This document shows positions 28,695 to 37,918 of a stretch of 64,000 nt of DNA, one piece after another; position 1 is the stretch's first letter; each line of letters begins with the position of its first letter. The position numbers and the translations under genes were made by a program. The stretch is taken from positions 768,001 through 832,000 of the forward strand of contig OY970194.1 in the NCBI GenBank assembly GCA_963708075.1, read 5' to 3'. The notes beneath the pieces were generated by a model. That model did not search any database and had not been told where the DNA came from. It saw only the letters and a list, made by a program, of their open reading frames with translations. Origin of the DNA: Sedimentisphaerales bacterium. Its GTDB lineage: Bacteria > Planctomycetota > Phycisphaerae > Sedimentisphaerales > Anaerobacaceae.

Positions 28695-30490
28695 ATGGGG
28701 CGTCTGATGATCCTTGTGTGGTTCATATACGGTTTGGCGTTCTTCGTCCTCGGCCTGATGATCCTCATCTACCCGAAGAAGGGTAGCAATTTCGACCTGG
28801 CGCGGCATATCTGGCTGGTCGGGGCGTTCGGCATCGTACACGGCGTGAACGAATGGCTCGACATGTTCATGGCTATCGGAGGACCGCTTCCGCTCGTGCT
28901 TGTTGAATTCGCACGGATGTTCACCTTGCCTGTCTCTTTCTTCTTTCTGGTCCAGTTCGGAGTTGCCACGCTCTCAAGAGATCTATCGAAGCCCCGCCTG
29001 ATGCGGGTGATTCCCTGGCTGTTGGCTGTCGCATGGCCGATGCTCCTCCTGACGAGCAAGCCGGACCACAGGCTTTTCATGGCAGACATCTGGTCCCGCT
29101 ACCTGCTGTGCGTGCCGGGCACCCTTCTTACGGCCTGGGGCCTGTTCTCCTACGCGCCCGGCTTCAGAGCCATGAGGCTGTACTCGGTTACGAGGAACCT
29201 GACGATCGCAGCGGCCACGTTTCTTGTGTATGGCGTGTTTGCGGGCTTGGTCGTGAAGAAGGCTGACTTCTTCCCGGCCACAATCCTGAACTACGAGAAC
29301 TTTATCTCCTTGACAGGTCTTCCGGTTCAGTTGTTTCGGACTGTCTGCGCGATTGTAACGGCTTGGAGCGTCGTCCGGATGCTGGACGTGTTCCGGTGGG
29401 AGACGCAGGAGACCCTGCGGATCAGCGAGGTGCGGTGTGCGACGGTTGCCTCGGCCATGCCGGTCTTTCTCTTCATGGTCGATCGCAACACGGTTGTCAC
29501 ATTCATCCAGGGCAAGGGTCTGGATGTACTTGGCCTGCGTGCTGAGCAGGTCCGGGGCCGACTCGTGCGCGATGCGTTTCCGTCCGGCGAGCAGCTCACG
29601 GAAGACTGCCGGCGGGCCCTGTCCGGCGAGCAGTTCAGCACGACCGCCTGTCTGGGTAGTGCATCCTTTGAGATCTACTACTCTGCTCTCAGAGATCGGG
29701 TGAGTAAGGTCATTGGTGTCGTAGGGGTGGCTCTCGACGTCAGCGCCAGGATACAGACGCAGCGGGAGCTGGATGAGTACCGCAGAAAACTGGAGAAGCA
29801 TGCCCGGGAAGCGGCCGTCGGAGTCCTGAGTGCAACAGTGGCTCAACAGGTCGTGGAGCCGCTCTCTGTGACACAACTGATACTGGAAAAAGCCGTTGCT
29901 GATATGAGCGACCCTAATTTGACGCAAACCGTACGCAGCGGTATCAGCAGGGGGCTCTCGGAGATACTGAAGGCACAGGGTACTTTGACGCGGTTCGTGG
30001 ATCTTGCACATCCGGGTTCTGCGCCACCGAGCAGCCGGTAGGGATCTACCAGATCGCCAGGCGAACGATGAGCGTGTTTGCAGAGAGTGCGCAGCGCCGT
30101 CACCTGCTGATTGCGATCAAAGAGATGGATGTCGTGCCGGTGATGACGATTTCACCGCGGGAGGTGGAGCAGATCTTCTACCATCTGATCCAGCGGGCCG
30201 TGGATGCTGCCCGCGGGGAGGTGGAGCAGAAGCTGATCATCGATTGTTCGGTGAAGGAGGGGTACGTCGAGCTTCTCTTTATCGACACGTGCGAAGGGCC
30301 CCAGCCGAGACAACTTGAGCACGCGGGCGGTCCAATTCCCGGTAATTTTGAAGAGATGAACGGTTGGGGGCTCGGCTTGGCCGTCGTGAAGCGGATTGTG
30401 ACGGACCATGGTGGCCAGGTGACCGTGGAACTCCCGTCCCAGAGCACCACAGTCTTCAGGGTCCGACTTCCGACCAAGCAAGTCTACTGA
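28695..30490 (+). CDS. Multi-TM, PAS and degenerate histidine-kinase-like protein, 1-bp frameshift near 30020
   Basis: 6-7 TM helices, PAS, H-box position VAQQVVEPL, HATPase-like GWGLGLAVVKRIV in ORF 30068..30490. Confidence 0.75.
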
Positions 30491-30628
30491 TCGCTCATGC
30501 AACAGGGCGAATGTAAGCCTCTGTAATCGCAAGGGTTACGGCGTATTGGCTGTTCGTGTGGCCAGGAGGCTGGGGACACCCGGTTGGGGTGTGCGACTAA
30601 ATTGAGGTCTCCCGCAAGCCGAAAACAT

Positions 30629-30657
30629 TTGTGCCTGCGAGCCGTAAGACGTATGAT
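30629..30657 (+). promoter_or_regulatory. Sigma70-type promoter of the heme operon
   Basis: TTGTGC-17bp-TATGAT. Confidence 0.5.
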
Positions 30658-30737
30658 ATATGTCCTCAAGTTATCGAATTTGGGATGCTCAGGGGGGCGT
30701 AAAGGACTCGCTGTATCCATCGAGGGTTTCAAAGGCA

Positions 30738-31214
30738 GTGAAAGAGTCAGGCAACAACGTTGAGCAGAGGGTATTGGCCGCCCTGCAGGAGGGCTTGCCC
30801 CGAAGCCGCACACCCTATCACGATCTGGCTCGCAAGATCGGCATTTCCACGGACGAGTTGCTGACCATCCTGGATCGGTGGAAGCAGAATGGCATAATTC
30901 GCCGGCTTGGCGCGGTCGTCAACCACTTTCAGGTGGGCGTGGGTGAAGGCGCCATGGTGGTCTGGAAGGTCGAGCCCGGCCGCGTGGAGGAGGTGGGAGC
31001 GGTGTTTGCCGGATTTCAGGAAGTGAGCCACGCCTATGAGCGGCAGACGACGCCGGGCTGGCAATATAATGTCTATACGATGGTGCACGGAACGGCTCCG
31101 GAGGAAGTCCAGCGGACGGTCGAGCGGATGAGCGAAGCGACCGGGGTCTCGGAGTATCTGATCCTGGCGACTCGCAGAGAATTGAAGAAGGTGGCGCCGC
31201 GGTACATCGAATGA
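30738..31214 (+). CDS. ahbB: Siroheme decarboxylase subunit beta (Lrp-like)
   Basis: TPYHDLA, IRRLGA, AMVVWKV, SHAYER, WQYNVYTMVHG. Confidence 0.85.
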   Translation: MKESGNNVEQRVLAALQEGLPRSRTPYHDLARKIGISTDELLTILDRWKQNGIIRRLGAVVNHFQVGVGEGAMVVWKVEPGRVEEVGAVFAGFQEVSHAYERQTTPGWQYNVYTMVHGTAPEEVQRTVERMSEATGVSEYLILATRRELKKVAPRYIE

Positions 31215-31250
31215 TCGGGTCGGTGATACGCATGAGAAACGGGATTGCGC

Positions 31251-32123
31251 ATGTTTAACCTGTCCACGTTGGAGGCAATTGTGTTGCTGCTGGTCGTGGT
31301 GGTCCACGCCGCCGCCGGGGGTATGACGGCTATGCAGCTTGTCAGGAGGCACCGGCGATATGAGTCGTTGCTTATGCCCACGATCCTGGCCGCGGTCATT
31401 CTTGACGCCGTTCTGCTCGTGCTCAGGGGGACATCGATCAAGGCGGTTCCGCTGACGAGTCTGTTCGACTCGCTCATCCTGTTAGCTCTCATCTTTGGCG
31501 TACTGTACCTGCTGACCAGGCCGTCAGTCGATCAAGTCTGGTTTGGCTCGGTGATGGTCTGGGCGATCCTGGGCATGGTTCTTGTGGCGGCACTGGTAGC
31601 GAAGCCCGCTTCCCGGCCGCAGGATGTGGCCCGGACACCCTGGGCCGTCGCGCACGCCAGTTTCATGATTCTGGCGACGGCCTCCATCGTGTTTGCGGCA
31701 GCCAACTCCGCTCTCTATCTGCTTGGCAGCTACAGGCTCAAGCACAAGGCAATCTCGCAGGTGCTGGGCCGGATTCCCAATATGGAAACGCTGGTCCGCA
31801 TGCATCGTTTTGGCGTGCGGGCCGGCTTCATCTTGTTGACGGTCGGCATCGTCAGCGGGCTGGGCCTTTCGCTGTTTGACACAGGTATCGCCAGGTGGCT
31901 GGCCGATAGCAAGGTGATCTGCATCATCGGGGCCTGGGGCCTGTTGGGCGCGATTCTGGTAGTGGACCGGTTTGGCCTGCTCAGGGTCAAAGCGCGGGCC
32001 TACGTGACGATTGTTGCCTTCGGATTGGTTCTGATCGCGACCATAGGGGTCACGATCGCCGGCACGACACAGCACAGGTTTTCTCGGGCGGATCTGCCGG
32101 CAACCGCAGCTTCGATAGCGTGA
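31251..32123 (+). CDS. CcsA/HemX-like membrane protein
   Basis: About 8 TM helices, conserved His (VAHASF), IPNMETL, W..DSK. Directly upstream of hemA. Confidence 0.75.
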   Translation: MFNLSTLEAIVLLLVVVVHAAAGGMTAMQLVRRHRRYESLLMPTILAAVILDAVLLVLRGTSIKAVPLTSLFDSLILLALIFGVLYLLTRPSVDQVWFGSVMVWAILGMVLVAALVAKPASRPQDVARTPWAVAHASFMILATASIVFAAANSALYLLGSYRLKHKAISQVLGRIPNMETLVRMHRFGVRAGFILLTVGIVSGLGLSLFDTGIARWLADSKVICIIGAWGLLGAILVVDRFGLLRVKARAYVTIVAFGLVLIATIGVTIAGTTQHRFSRADLPATAASIA

Positions 32124-32130
32124 GTATCCA

Positions 32131-33441
32131 ATGAGCATCGTACTTCTCGGCCTGAATCATAAGAGCGCCGCCGTGGAGGTTCGGGAACGGCTGGCATTCA
32201 ACGCGTCCCAAGCCGCGGACGCTCTTCGCCAGCTCCAGCAGATGGAGCCCCAGGCCGAGTTCGTCCTGCTGTCCACCTGCAACAGGGTCGAGTTGTACTA
32301 TGCGGGCGAGCAGGACTCGCAGGAGATTGCGGGCCGGCTGGTCGCGTTTCTGTCGGCGTTTCACGGCCTGGAGCCGGAGCAGTTCAGGCCGGCCTTGTAC
32401 TTCCACGAAAACGAAGATGCGGTGCGCCACCTGCTGCTGGTGACCTCGGGGCTGGACAGTATGGTCGTGGGCGAAGCGCAGATTCTCGGCCAGGTCAAGG
32501 AAAGTTACAGCCTCGCCTGTGCGGCCAAGAGCACCGGCAAGATTCTCAACAGGCTCTTTCATTCTGCGTTCTTCACGGCCAAGAGCGTCCACACGAACAC
32601 GGCCATCTCCAACGGCCGGGTCAGCGTCGCCGGCGTGGCGGTCGAGCTGGCCCTGCAACTATTCGCCGATATCGCCCGGGCCAGGGTCGTGGTCATCGGC
32701 GCCGGCGAGACGGGAGAGCTGGTCGTGCAGCATCTGCTCAAAGCAGGCTGTACGGACGTTACCGTCGTGAATCGGACCTACGAGCGGGCCGTTGAGTTGG
32801 CCGAGCGATGCCGGATCGCCACCGGCAAGTGGGAGGAATTGAGCGAGCACATCGGCCGGGCGAATATCGTGATCTCCTCGGCGGCCGTGCAGGATTATCT
32901 CTACACCAGAGCGTCATTCGAACAGACCATAAGCAGGCGAAAAGCAGGGTCGCTGCTGATCATTGACGTGGGCGTACCCCGAAACTTCGATCCAACGATC
33001 AACAAGGTTGGCGACGTCTATCTGTACAGCATGGACGAGTTGAAGGAGGTCGCCGAGCAGAATCTCAAGGCCCGCGAAGAGGACGTCACCAGCGGCCTGG
33101 AGATCGTATACGCCGAGGCTGCGAAGTTCATGGACTGGTTCCGCGCGAAGGACATCGGGCCGCTGATCGGCCGGATGCAGGACGAGTTCCGCCAGATTGG
33201 GCGAATGGAGCTCGAGCGATTCCTGGTCGGACCCAGGCAGAACGCCTCCTGCCGATGCTCGCTGGAGGAGACGGTGGATCGCGTGGTGAACAAGCTGCTG
33301 CATTGTGTGATCAAGAACGTCAACGCTGTGGCGAAGGAAACCGGTCCGGCCGAGGCGGCCAAGCTCGTCGATGCCATCCTGAGGCAGGCCCGCGAAATCT
33401 CCTGCCAGCCGGCAGATAACAAGGGGGACGTGCAGACGTGA
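32131..33441 (+). CDS. hemA: Glutamyl-tRNA reductase
   Basis: LSTCNRVE, SGLDSMVVGEAQILGQVK, GAGE. Confidence 0.95.
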   Translation: MSIVLLGLNHKSAAVEVRERLAFNASQAADALRQLQQMEPQAEFVLLSTCNRVELYYAGEQDSQEIAGRLVAFLSAFHGLEPEQFRPALYFHENEDAVRHLLLVTSGLDSMVVGEAQILGQVKESYSLACAAKSTGKILNRLFHSAFFTAKSVHTNTAISNGRVSVAGVAVELALQLFADIARARVVVIGAGETGELVVQHLLKAGCTDVTVVNRTYERAVELAERCRIATGKWEELSEHIGRANIVISSAAVQDYLYTRASFEQTISRRKAGSLLIIDVGVPRNFDPTINKVGDVYLYSMDELKEVAEQNLKAREEDVTSGLEIVYAEAAKFMDWFRAKDIGPLIGRMQDEFRQIGRMELERFLVGPRQNASCRCSLEETVDRVVNKLLHCVIKNVNAVAKETGPAEAAKLVDAILRQAREISCQPADNKGDVQT

Positions 33442-34568
33442 GACCCGCAGCGACATCCCAACGAGCCCTGCGCCTGTTATTCTGGGAGACGACGATCCGG
33501 TGCAATCTGGCCTGCGCGCACTGCCGCCGGCTTGAATCAAATGAGGCCGCTCCGGCGGATCTGTCCACCTCGCAGGCGGAGGTTCTCATCGAGCAGCTTG
33601 CCGAGGTGGGCCGACGGCAGCCGCAGATGCCCGTGCTGGTATTCTCAGGCGGCGAGCCGTTATGCCGCAGCGACTTGTTCCATCTGGTGGACAGGGCCCG
33701 CCGGCATGGGATCATTCTCGCGCTGGCCACGAATGGAACGCTGATCGACAGCGACAAGGCCCGGCAGATCCACGACAGCGGGATTGCACGCGTTTCTGTG
33801 AGCCTCGACGGCGCCACCGCCGACGTTCACGACAGGATGCGGCAGATCCCGGGGGCCTTCGACAAGGCGATTCAAGGGATTCGACATCTCCGCGATCATG
33901 CGGTGCCGTTCCAGATCAACGTCACCCTGACGAAACAGACCGCCCCGCAATTGCAGGAGGTTTATGAGCTGGCACGGTCCCTCGGAGCGGTGGCCGTTCA
34001 TATCTTCATGCTTGTCCCCGTTGGCTGTGGGCAGGTGCTGGCCGAGACGGACATGCTGTCGCCCGAGCAATACGAGCAGATCATGCGGGACATCCAGGCA
34101 CTGGAAAGCAGGGGGGAGATTCAGATCAAAGTGACCTGCGGCCCACATTACGAGAGGATCAAAAGACAAATGCGGAGTGCGGAGTGCGGAATGCGGAGTG
34201 GACATGTGACCGCGAATCCGCAATCCGCAATCCACAATCCGCATTCTTCAAAGGGTTGCCTGGCGGGCCTCGGTGTGCTTTTCGTCAGCCATCGAGGCGA
34301 CGTGTACCCCTGCGGCTATCTGCCGATAGATTGCGGCAATATACTGGATAAGACACTCGCACAGATTTGGGATGAGAACGCCGATCTGGCGAGGATACGG
34401 GATGCCGGGGCTTTGGAGGGCAAGTGCGGCCTCTGCGGCTACAAGCAGGTTTGCGGCGGCTGCCGGGCCCGGGCGTTCGGCATGACCGGCAACTACATGG
34501 CCGAAGAACCTTTCTGTGCTTATGTTCCTCCCGGCGCCAAGGGTAAGCCGGGTGAGGTGGATCGATGA
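33438..34568 (+). CDS. ahbD: Radical SAM heme b synthase
   Basis: LLFWETTIRCNLACAHCR, KVTCGPHY, SPASM Cys motifs (GKCGLC...CGGCRAR). Confidence 0.85.
   Translation: MRPAATSQRALRLLFWETTIRCNLACAHCRRLESNEAAPADLSTSQAEVLIEQLAEVGRRQPQMPVLVFSGGEPLCRSDLFHLVDRARRHGIILALATNGTLIDSDKARQIHDSGIARVSVSLDGATADVHDRMRQIPGAFDKAIQGIRHLRDHAVPFQINVTLTKQTAPQLQEVYELARSLGAVAVHIFMLVPVGCGQVLAETDMLSPEQYEQIMRDIQALESRGEIQIKVTCGPHYERIKRQMRSAECGMRSGHVTANPQSAIHNPHSSKGCLAGLGVLFVSHRGDVYPCGYLPIDCGNILDKTLAQIWDENADLARIRDAGALEGKCGLCGYKQVCGGCRARAFGMTGNYMAEEPFCAYVPPGAKGKPGEVDR
34169..34245. repeat. In-frame heptamer-repeat hairpin inside ahbD
   Basis: (RTGCGGA)4 ... (AATCCRC)4, 31-bp arms with 5 mismatches, encoding MRSAECGMRSGHVTANPQSAIHNPH. 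Confidence 0.8.
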
Positions 34569-35815
34569 TCAATATCAGCAAGCTGTACTGTGACCAGATC
34601 ACGCCGGGCGATTGGCTTCGTTACGGCCAGAAGGATTCCGGGGAGCGGCGGGGCGAAATCGTCCCCGCACAGGCCTCGGCCAGGAAGCCCATCGTGGTCT
34701 GGAACATCACCCGCAAATGCAACCTGCAGTGCGTCCACTGCTACAACGATAGCGGGATGGGCAGAACCTGCAACGAAATCTCCACGGACCATGCCAAGGC
34801 CGTCATCGATGATCTGGCCGGCTTCGGCGTGCCATCGATCCTCTTTTCGGGCGGCGAGCCCATGTTGCGTCATGACCTTTTCGAGTTGATTGAGTACGCG
34901 GTCGGCAAGGGGCTGCGGACGGTCATCTCGACCAATGGGACGCTCATAGGCGAGGAGAAGGCCCGGGAGATCAAGCGGCTTGGCGTCTCTTACGTGGGAA
35001 TCAGCCTCGACGGCATCGGCCCGATCAATGACAAGTTCCGAGGCGTCTCCGGGGCATTCGAGCGGGCGGTCCAGGGCATTCGCAACTGCCAGAATACCGG
35101 CGTGCGGGTCGGCCTGCGATTGACGCTGACCCGAAGGAACGTCCAGGATGTCGAGGGGCTGTTTGACTTCTTCGAGGCTGAGGGCGTCGAGCGGGTATGC
35201 TTCTACCATCTGGTCCCCAGCGGCCGGGGCGCGGCTATTGCCAGCGAGGACCTGACCCACGCCCAGGCGCGAGACGCATTGGACCGCATCCTCGCCAAAG
35301 CCCGGTTCTTCAAACAGGCCGGACGCAAAACGGACATCCTGACTGTCGACAATCACGTGGATGGCGTCTATCTCTACCGGAAACTCCTGGCGGCGGGGGA
35401 CTCGCGGGCACCGGACGTCTGGAAACTCCTCACGTGGAATGGCGGCGGCCTCTATAGCAGCGGTGTGGGCATTGGGTGCATCGATTACAATGGCAATGTC
35501 CACCCGGACCAGTTCTGGTGGCGGTACGATCTGGGCAGCGTTCACCAAAGGCCGTTCAGCGAGATTTGGACCAATCCCGACGAACCATTGCTGAAAGGGC
35601 TCCGGGACCGGCGATCGCGGATCAAGGGCCGGTGCCGGTTATGCCGGTTCTTTGACGCCTGTGGCGGCAGTCTGCGGGTGCGAGCCGACGCGTACTTCGG
35701 GGACCCCTGGGCTCCAGACCCGGCCTGCTACCTTACCGATAATGAGATCGGTCTGGGTGAAGCGCAGTGTCAGGAACTCGCGAACGCCGGCGAGTGGTTC
35801 GACATGCCGGAGTAG
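34565..35815 (+). CDS. ahbC: Radical SAM Fe-coproporphyrin III synthase (NirJ1-like)
   Basis: MINISKLYC...LRYG, KPIVVWNITRKCNLQCVHCY, LTVDNHVDG, HPDQFW, DPACYL. Confidence 0.88.
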   Translation: MINISKLYCDQITPGDWLRYGQKDSGERRGEIVPAQASARKPIVVWNITRKCNLQCVHCYNDSGMGRTCNEISTDHAKAVIDDLAGFGVPSILFSGGEPMLRHDLFELIEYAVGKGLRTVISTNGTLIGEEKAREIKRLGVSYVGISLDGIGPINDKFRGVSGAFERAVQGIRNCQNTGVRVGLRLTLTRRNVQDVEGLFDFFEAEGVERVCFYHLVPSGRGAAIASEDLTHAQARDALDRILAKARFFKQAGRKTDILTVDNHVDGVYLYRKLLAAGDSRAPDVWKLLTWNGGGLYSSGVGIGCIDYNGNVHPDQFWWRYDLGSVHQRPFSEIWTNPDEPLLKGLRDRRSRIKGRCRLCRFFDACGGSLRVRADAYFGDPWAPDPACYLTDNEIGLGEAQCQELANAGEWFDMPE

Positions 35816-35915
35816 ACGCGACATATCTGTAGCTCCTGTCGAGACTTGGGCCGCCGGACGAAACTGAGTGCATGCAGGGACGGGGCCGGTGCAGGATAGC
35901 GTCGCGCTTATATAT

Positions 35916-35966
35916 TCTCAAATCTGAGACTTTTTCCTTGTCTACTCAGTGGACAGTCGTTATGAT
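35916..35966 (+). promoter_or_regulatory. Operator plus sigma70-type promoter of the kinase/activator operon
   Basis: TCTCA-AATC-TGAGA (35916-35929), then TTGTCT-17bp-TATGAT (35938-35966). Confidence 0.65.
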
Positions 35967-36065
35967 AAGGGAGGATGAAGGTGTAACGGCTGTTTGCGTG
36001 TTCGGTGGGGAGCGGGGATCCTGGAATTATCCAGCGGCTCATGTTGGGATAGACCGAGGACAGGC

Positions 36066-37865
36066 ATGGTTGCAGAGACCTATGGACTTCACAGTTCGGC
36101 GGATACGGACGGCCGCTTCCATGGATCGCTTGCCGACCAGATTCTGTGGCTGATATCTCTGCGCTGGGTCGCCGTCGGACTGGTCGTAATCGGGACATTG
36201 TCGGGGACATTCCTGTTCCCTGTGGTCGTGGCCCCGCAACCTCTCTACGTCACTGCCGTGGTCCTGCTGGCGTGCAACGTCGGCTATGCCATCGCCGCCG
36301 CAAGGAGCCGTCGCGGCAGGCGAGGGGGTCCCGTCACTCAGGCCATGGTGCAGATGGAGGTGGATCTGCTGGTCCTGACGGCCGTTCTGCATTTTTCCGG
36401 CGGCACCGCGAATCCGTTCTTCTTGTTCTATGTATTTCACGTGATCATCGCGACCATCATCCTGCCGCGAAACCTGTCTTTCGCCGTGGGTTTGACGGCC
36501 ATCGCGTTGTTCGGTCTGCTGGCGGCGGACGAGTTGAATGGCGGGGCGATGCTGGGCCGTTATCCCTTGCAGCTTTCGGCCGGTGGCGGACTTTGGCGCA
36601 ACCCCGTGTATGGGCTGGCGGCTTTCGTGGCTTTCGCCAGCACCGTGATGATCGCTCAGTACCTGACCCATATGATTCTCGCGCGCATGGCGTCAAAAGA
36701 GCTGGAGGCCGCCAGAAACAGCGATCTGCTTCGGGCCATCATCAACGCCATGGCGGAAGGGCTCGTATTTGTGACCACGGATGGGCAGGTCGCTCTGTGC
36801 AACCCCGCCGCCAGGCGATGGCGACAGGACGGCCGCGGGCCAACGGGTGAGTCCGCTGACGGCTTTCCGGCGATTCTGGCCGAACACATCGAGGCCGTGG
36901 GATCGCCACAGCAGGAAAAGACCATTCAGTTTCGCACGGATGGGCCGACGCAGCGGTTCATCGAGGCCAGAAGCTGTCCTGTGGCCGGCCTCAATGGCAC
37001 GCCATTGGGACGCGTCATCGTAGGCCAGGATTTGACGGAGCACAAGAAGCTGGAAGCCGACCTGCTGGACCGCACGGAGCAGGTGACGATGATCAACGAG
37101 ACGCTGAAGATGTCCCAGGTGCGGATGGCGCAGCGGGAGAAGATGGTTGCCCTGGGGCAGATGGCGGCGGGCATCGCACACGAGATCGGCAACCCGTTGA
37201 CGAGCCTGTCGTCCGTCATGCAGTACGTCAGCCGAAAGAGCACCGACCCGGAGCTCAAGGAATTATGTTCCGTCGTGGACCATCATGTGGGCCGGATCTC
37301 CGCGATCCTGCGGCGCATGTTGGACCAGGCACGGCCGGTCACCTCGGAGTACAAATGGGTGGACGTGAACGCACTGATCGAAAACACTGTGTCCCTGATC
37401 CGATTCGACCCGCGGGCCCGGGGCATCACGATCGTGGACGTACCCGACACCGGACTACCCATGGTGTGGCTCAATCCACAGAACCTGGAGCAGTGCCTTC
37501 TCAATATCGTGCTGAATGCGCTCGATGCCATCGAGGCCAAGGGGGCCGGACACGAACACACGATTGAGGTGACGAGGACTTTCAGGAACGAAATGGTCGA
37601 GATTCGCATCCGCGACACGGGCGTGGGAATGAGCCCGGAGGTTTGCCGTCGCGCGTTCGAGTCGTTCTTCACGACCAAGGAGATCAGCAAGGGGACAGGC
37701 CTGGGCCTGTTCATCAGCTACAACCTGATCACGGAAGTGGACGGCGCCATCGAGTTGGAATCCGAGCCGGGCAAAGGAACGACGGCGATCGTTCGCATCC
37801 CGGTGAGGCCCAAGAAGGACCTCATTGGACCCGGCCGGTCGGAAGATGCAGGAGAGACCCGATGA
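36066..37865 (+). CDS. NtrB-type sensor histidine kinase with RegB-like TM domain and PAS
   Basis: SGGTANPF, IAHEIGNPL, NIVLNALDA, FFTTK, GTGLGL. Confidence 0.92.
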   Translation: MVAETYGLHSSADTDGRFHGSLADQILWLISLRWVAVGLVVIGTLSGTFLFPVVVAPQPLYVTAVVLLACNVGYAIAAARSRRGRRGGPVTQAMVQMEVDLLVLTAVLHFSGGTANPFFLFYVFHVIIATIILPRNLSFAVGLTAIALFGLLAADELNGGAMLGRYPLQLSAGGGLWRNPVYGLAAFVAFASTVMIAQYLTHMILARMASKELEAARNSDLLRAIINAMAEGLVFVTTDGQVALCNPAARRWRQDGRGPTGESADGFPAILAEHIEAVGSPQQEKTIQFRTDGPTQRFIEARSCPVAGLNGTPLGRVIVGQDLTEHKKLEADLLDRTEQVTMINETLKMSQVRMAQREKMVALGQMAAGIAHEIGNPLTSLSSVMQYVSRKSTDPELKELCSVVDHHVGRISAILRRMLDQARPVTSEYKWVDVNALIENTVSLIRFDPRARGITIVDVPDTGLPMVWLNPQNLEQCLLNIVLNALDAIEAKGAGHEHTIEVTRTFRNEMVEIRIRDTGVGMSPEVCRRAFESFFTTKEISKGTGLGLFISYNLITEVDGAIELESEPGKGTTAIVRIPVRPKKDLIGPGRSEDAGETR

Positions 37866-37918
37866 ACGAACCGGCAGAACGAAGTTCGATGATCTTCAGT
37901 CAAGAGAGTACGTAGCCT

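Noticed and set aside
30039..30041. Pyrrolysine readthrough of TAG
   Set aside because: The downstream HATPase-like part is in a different frame, so a 1-bp deletion explains it.
31251..32123. Complete System II (CcsBA) heme lyase
   Set aside because: It lacks a full WWD motif and sits before hemA like HemX-type proteins, and the ResB-like gene lacks TM helices.
34169..34245. CRISPR array or intein
   Set aside because: The 7-bp units have no spacers, and there are no intein terminal residues.
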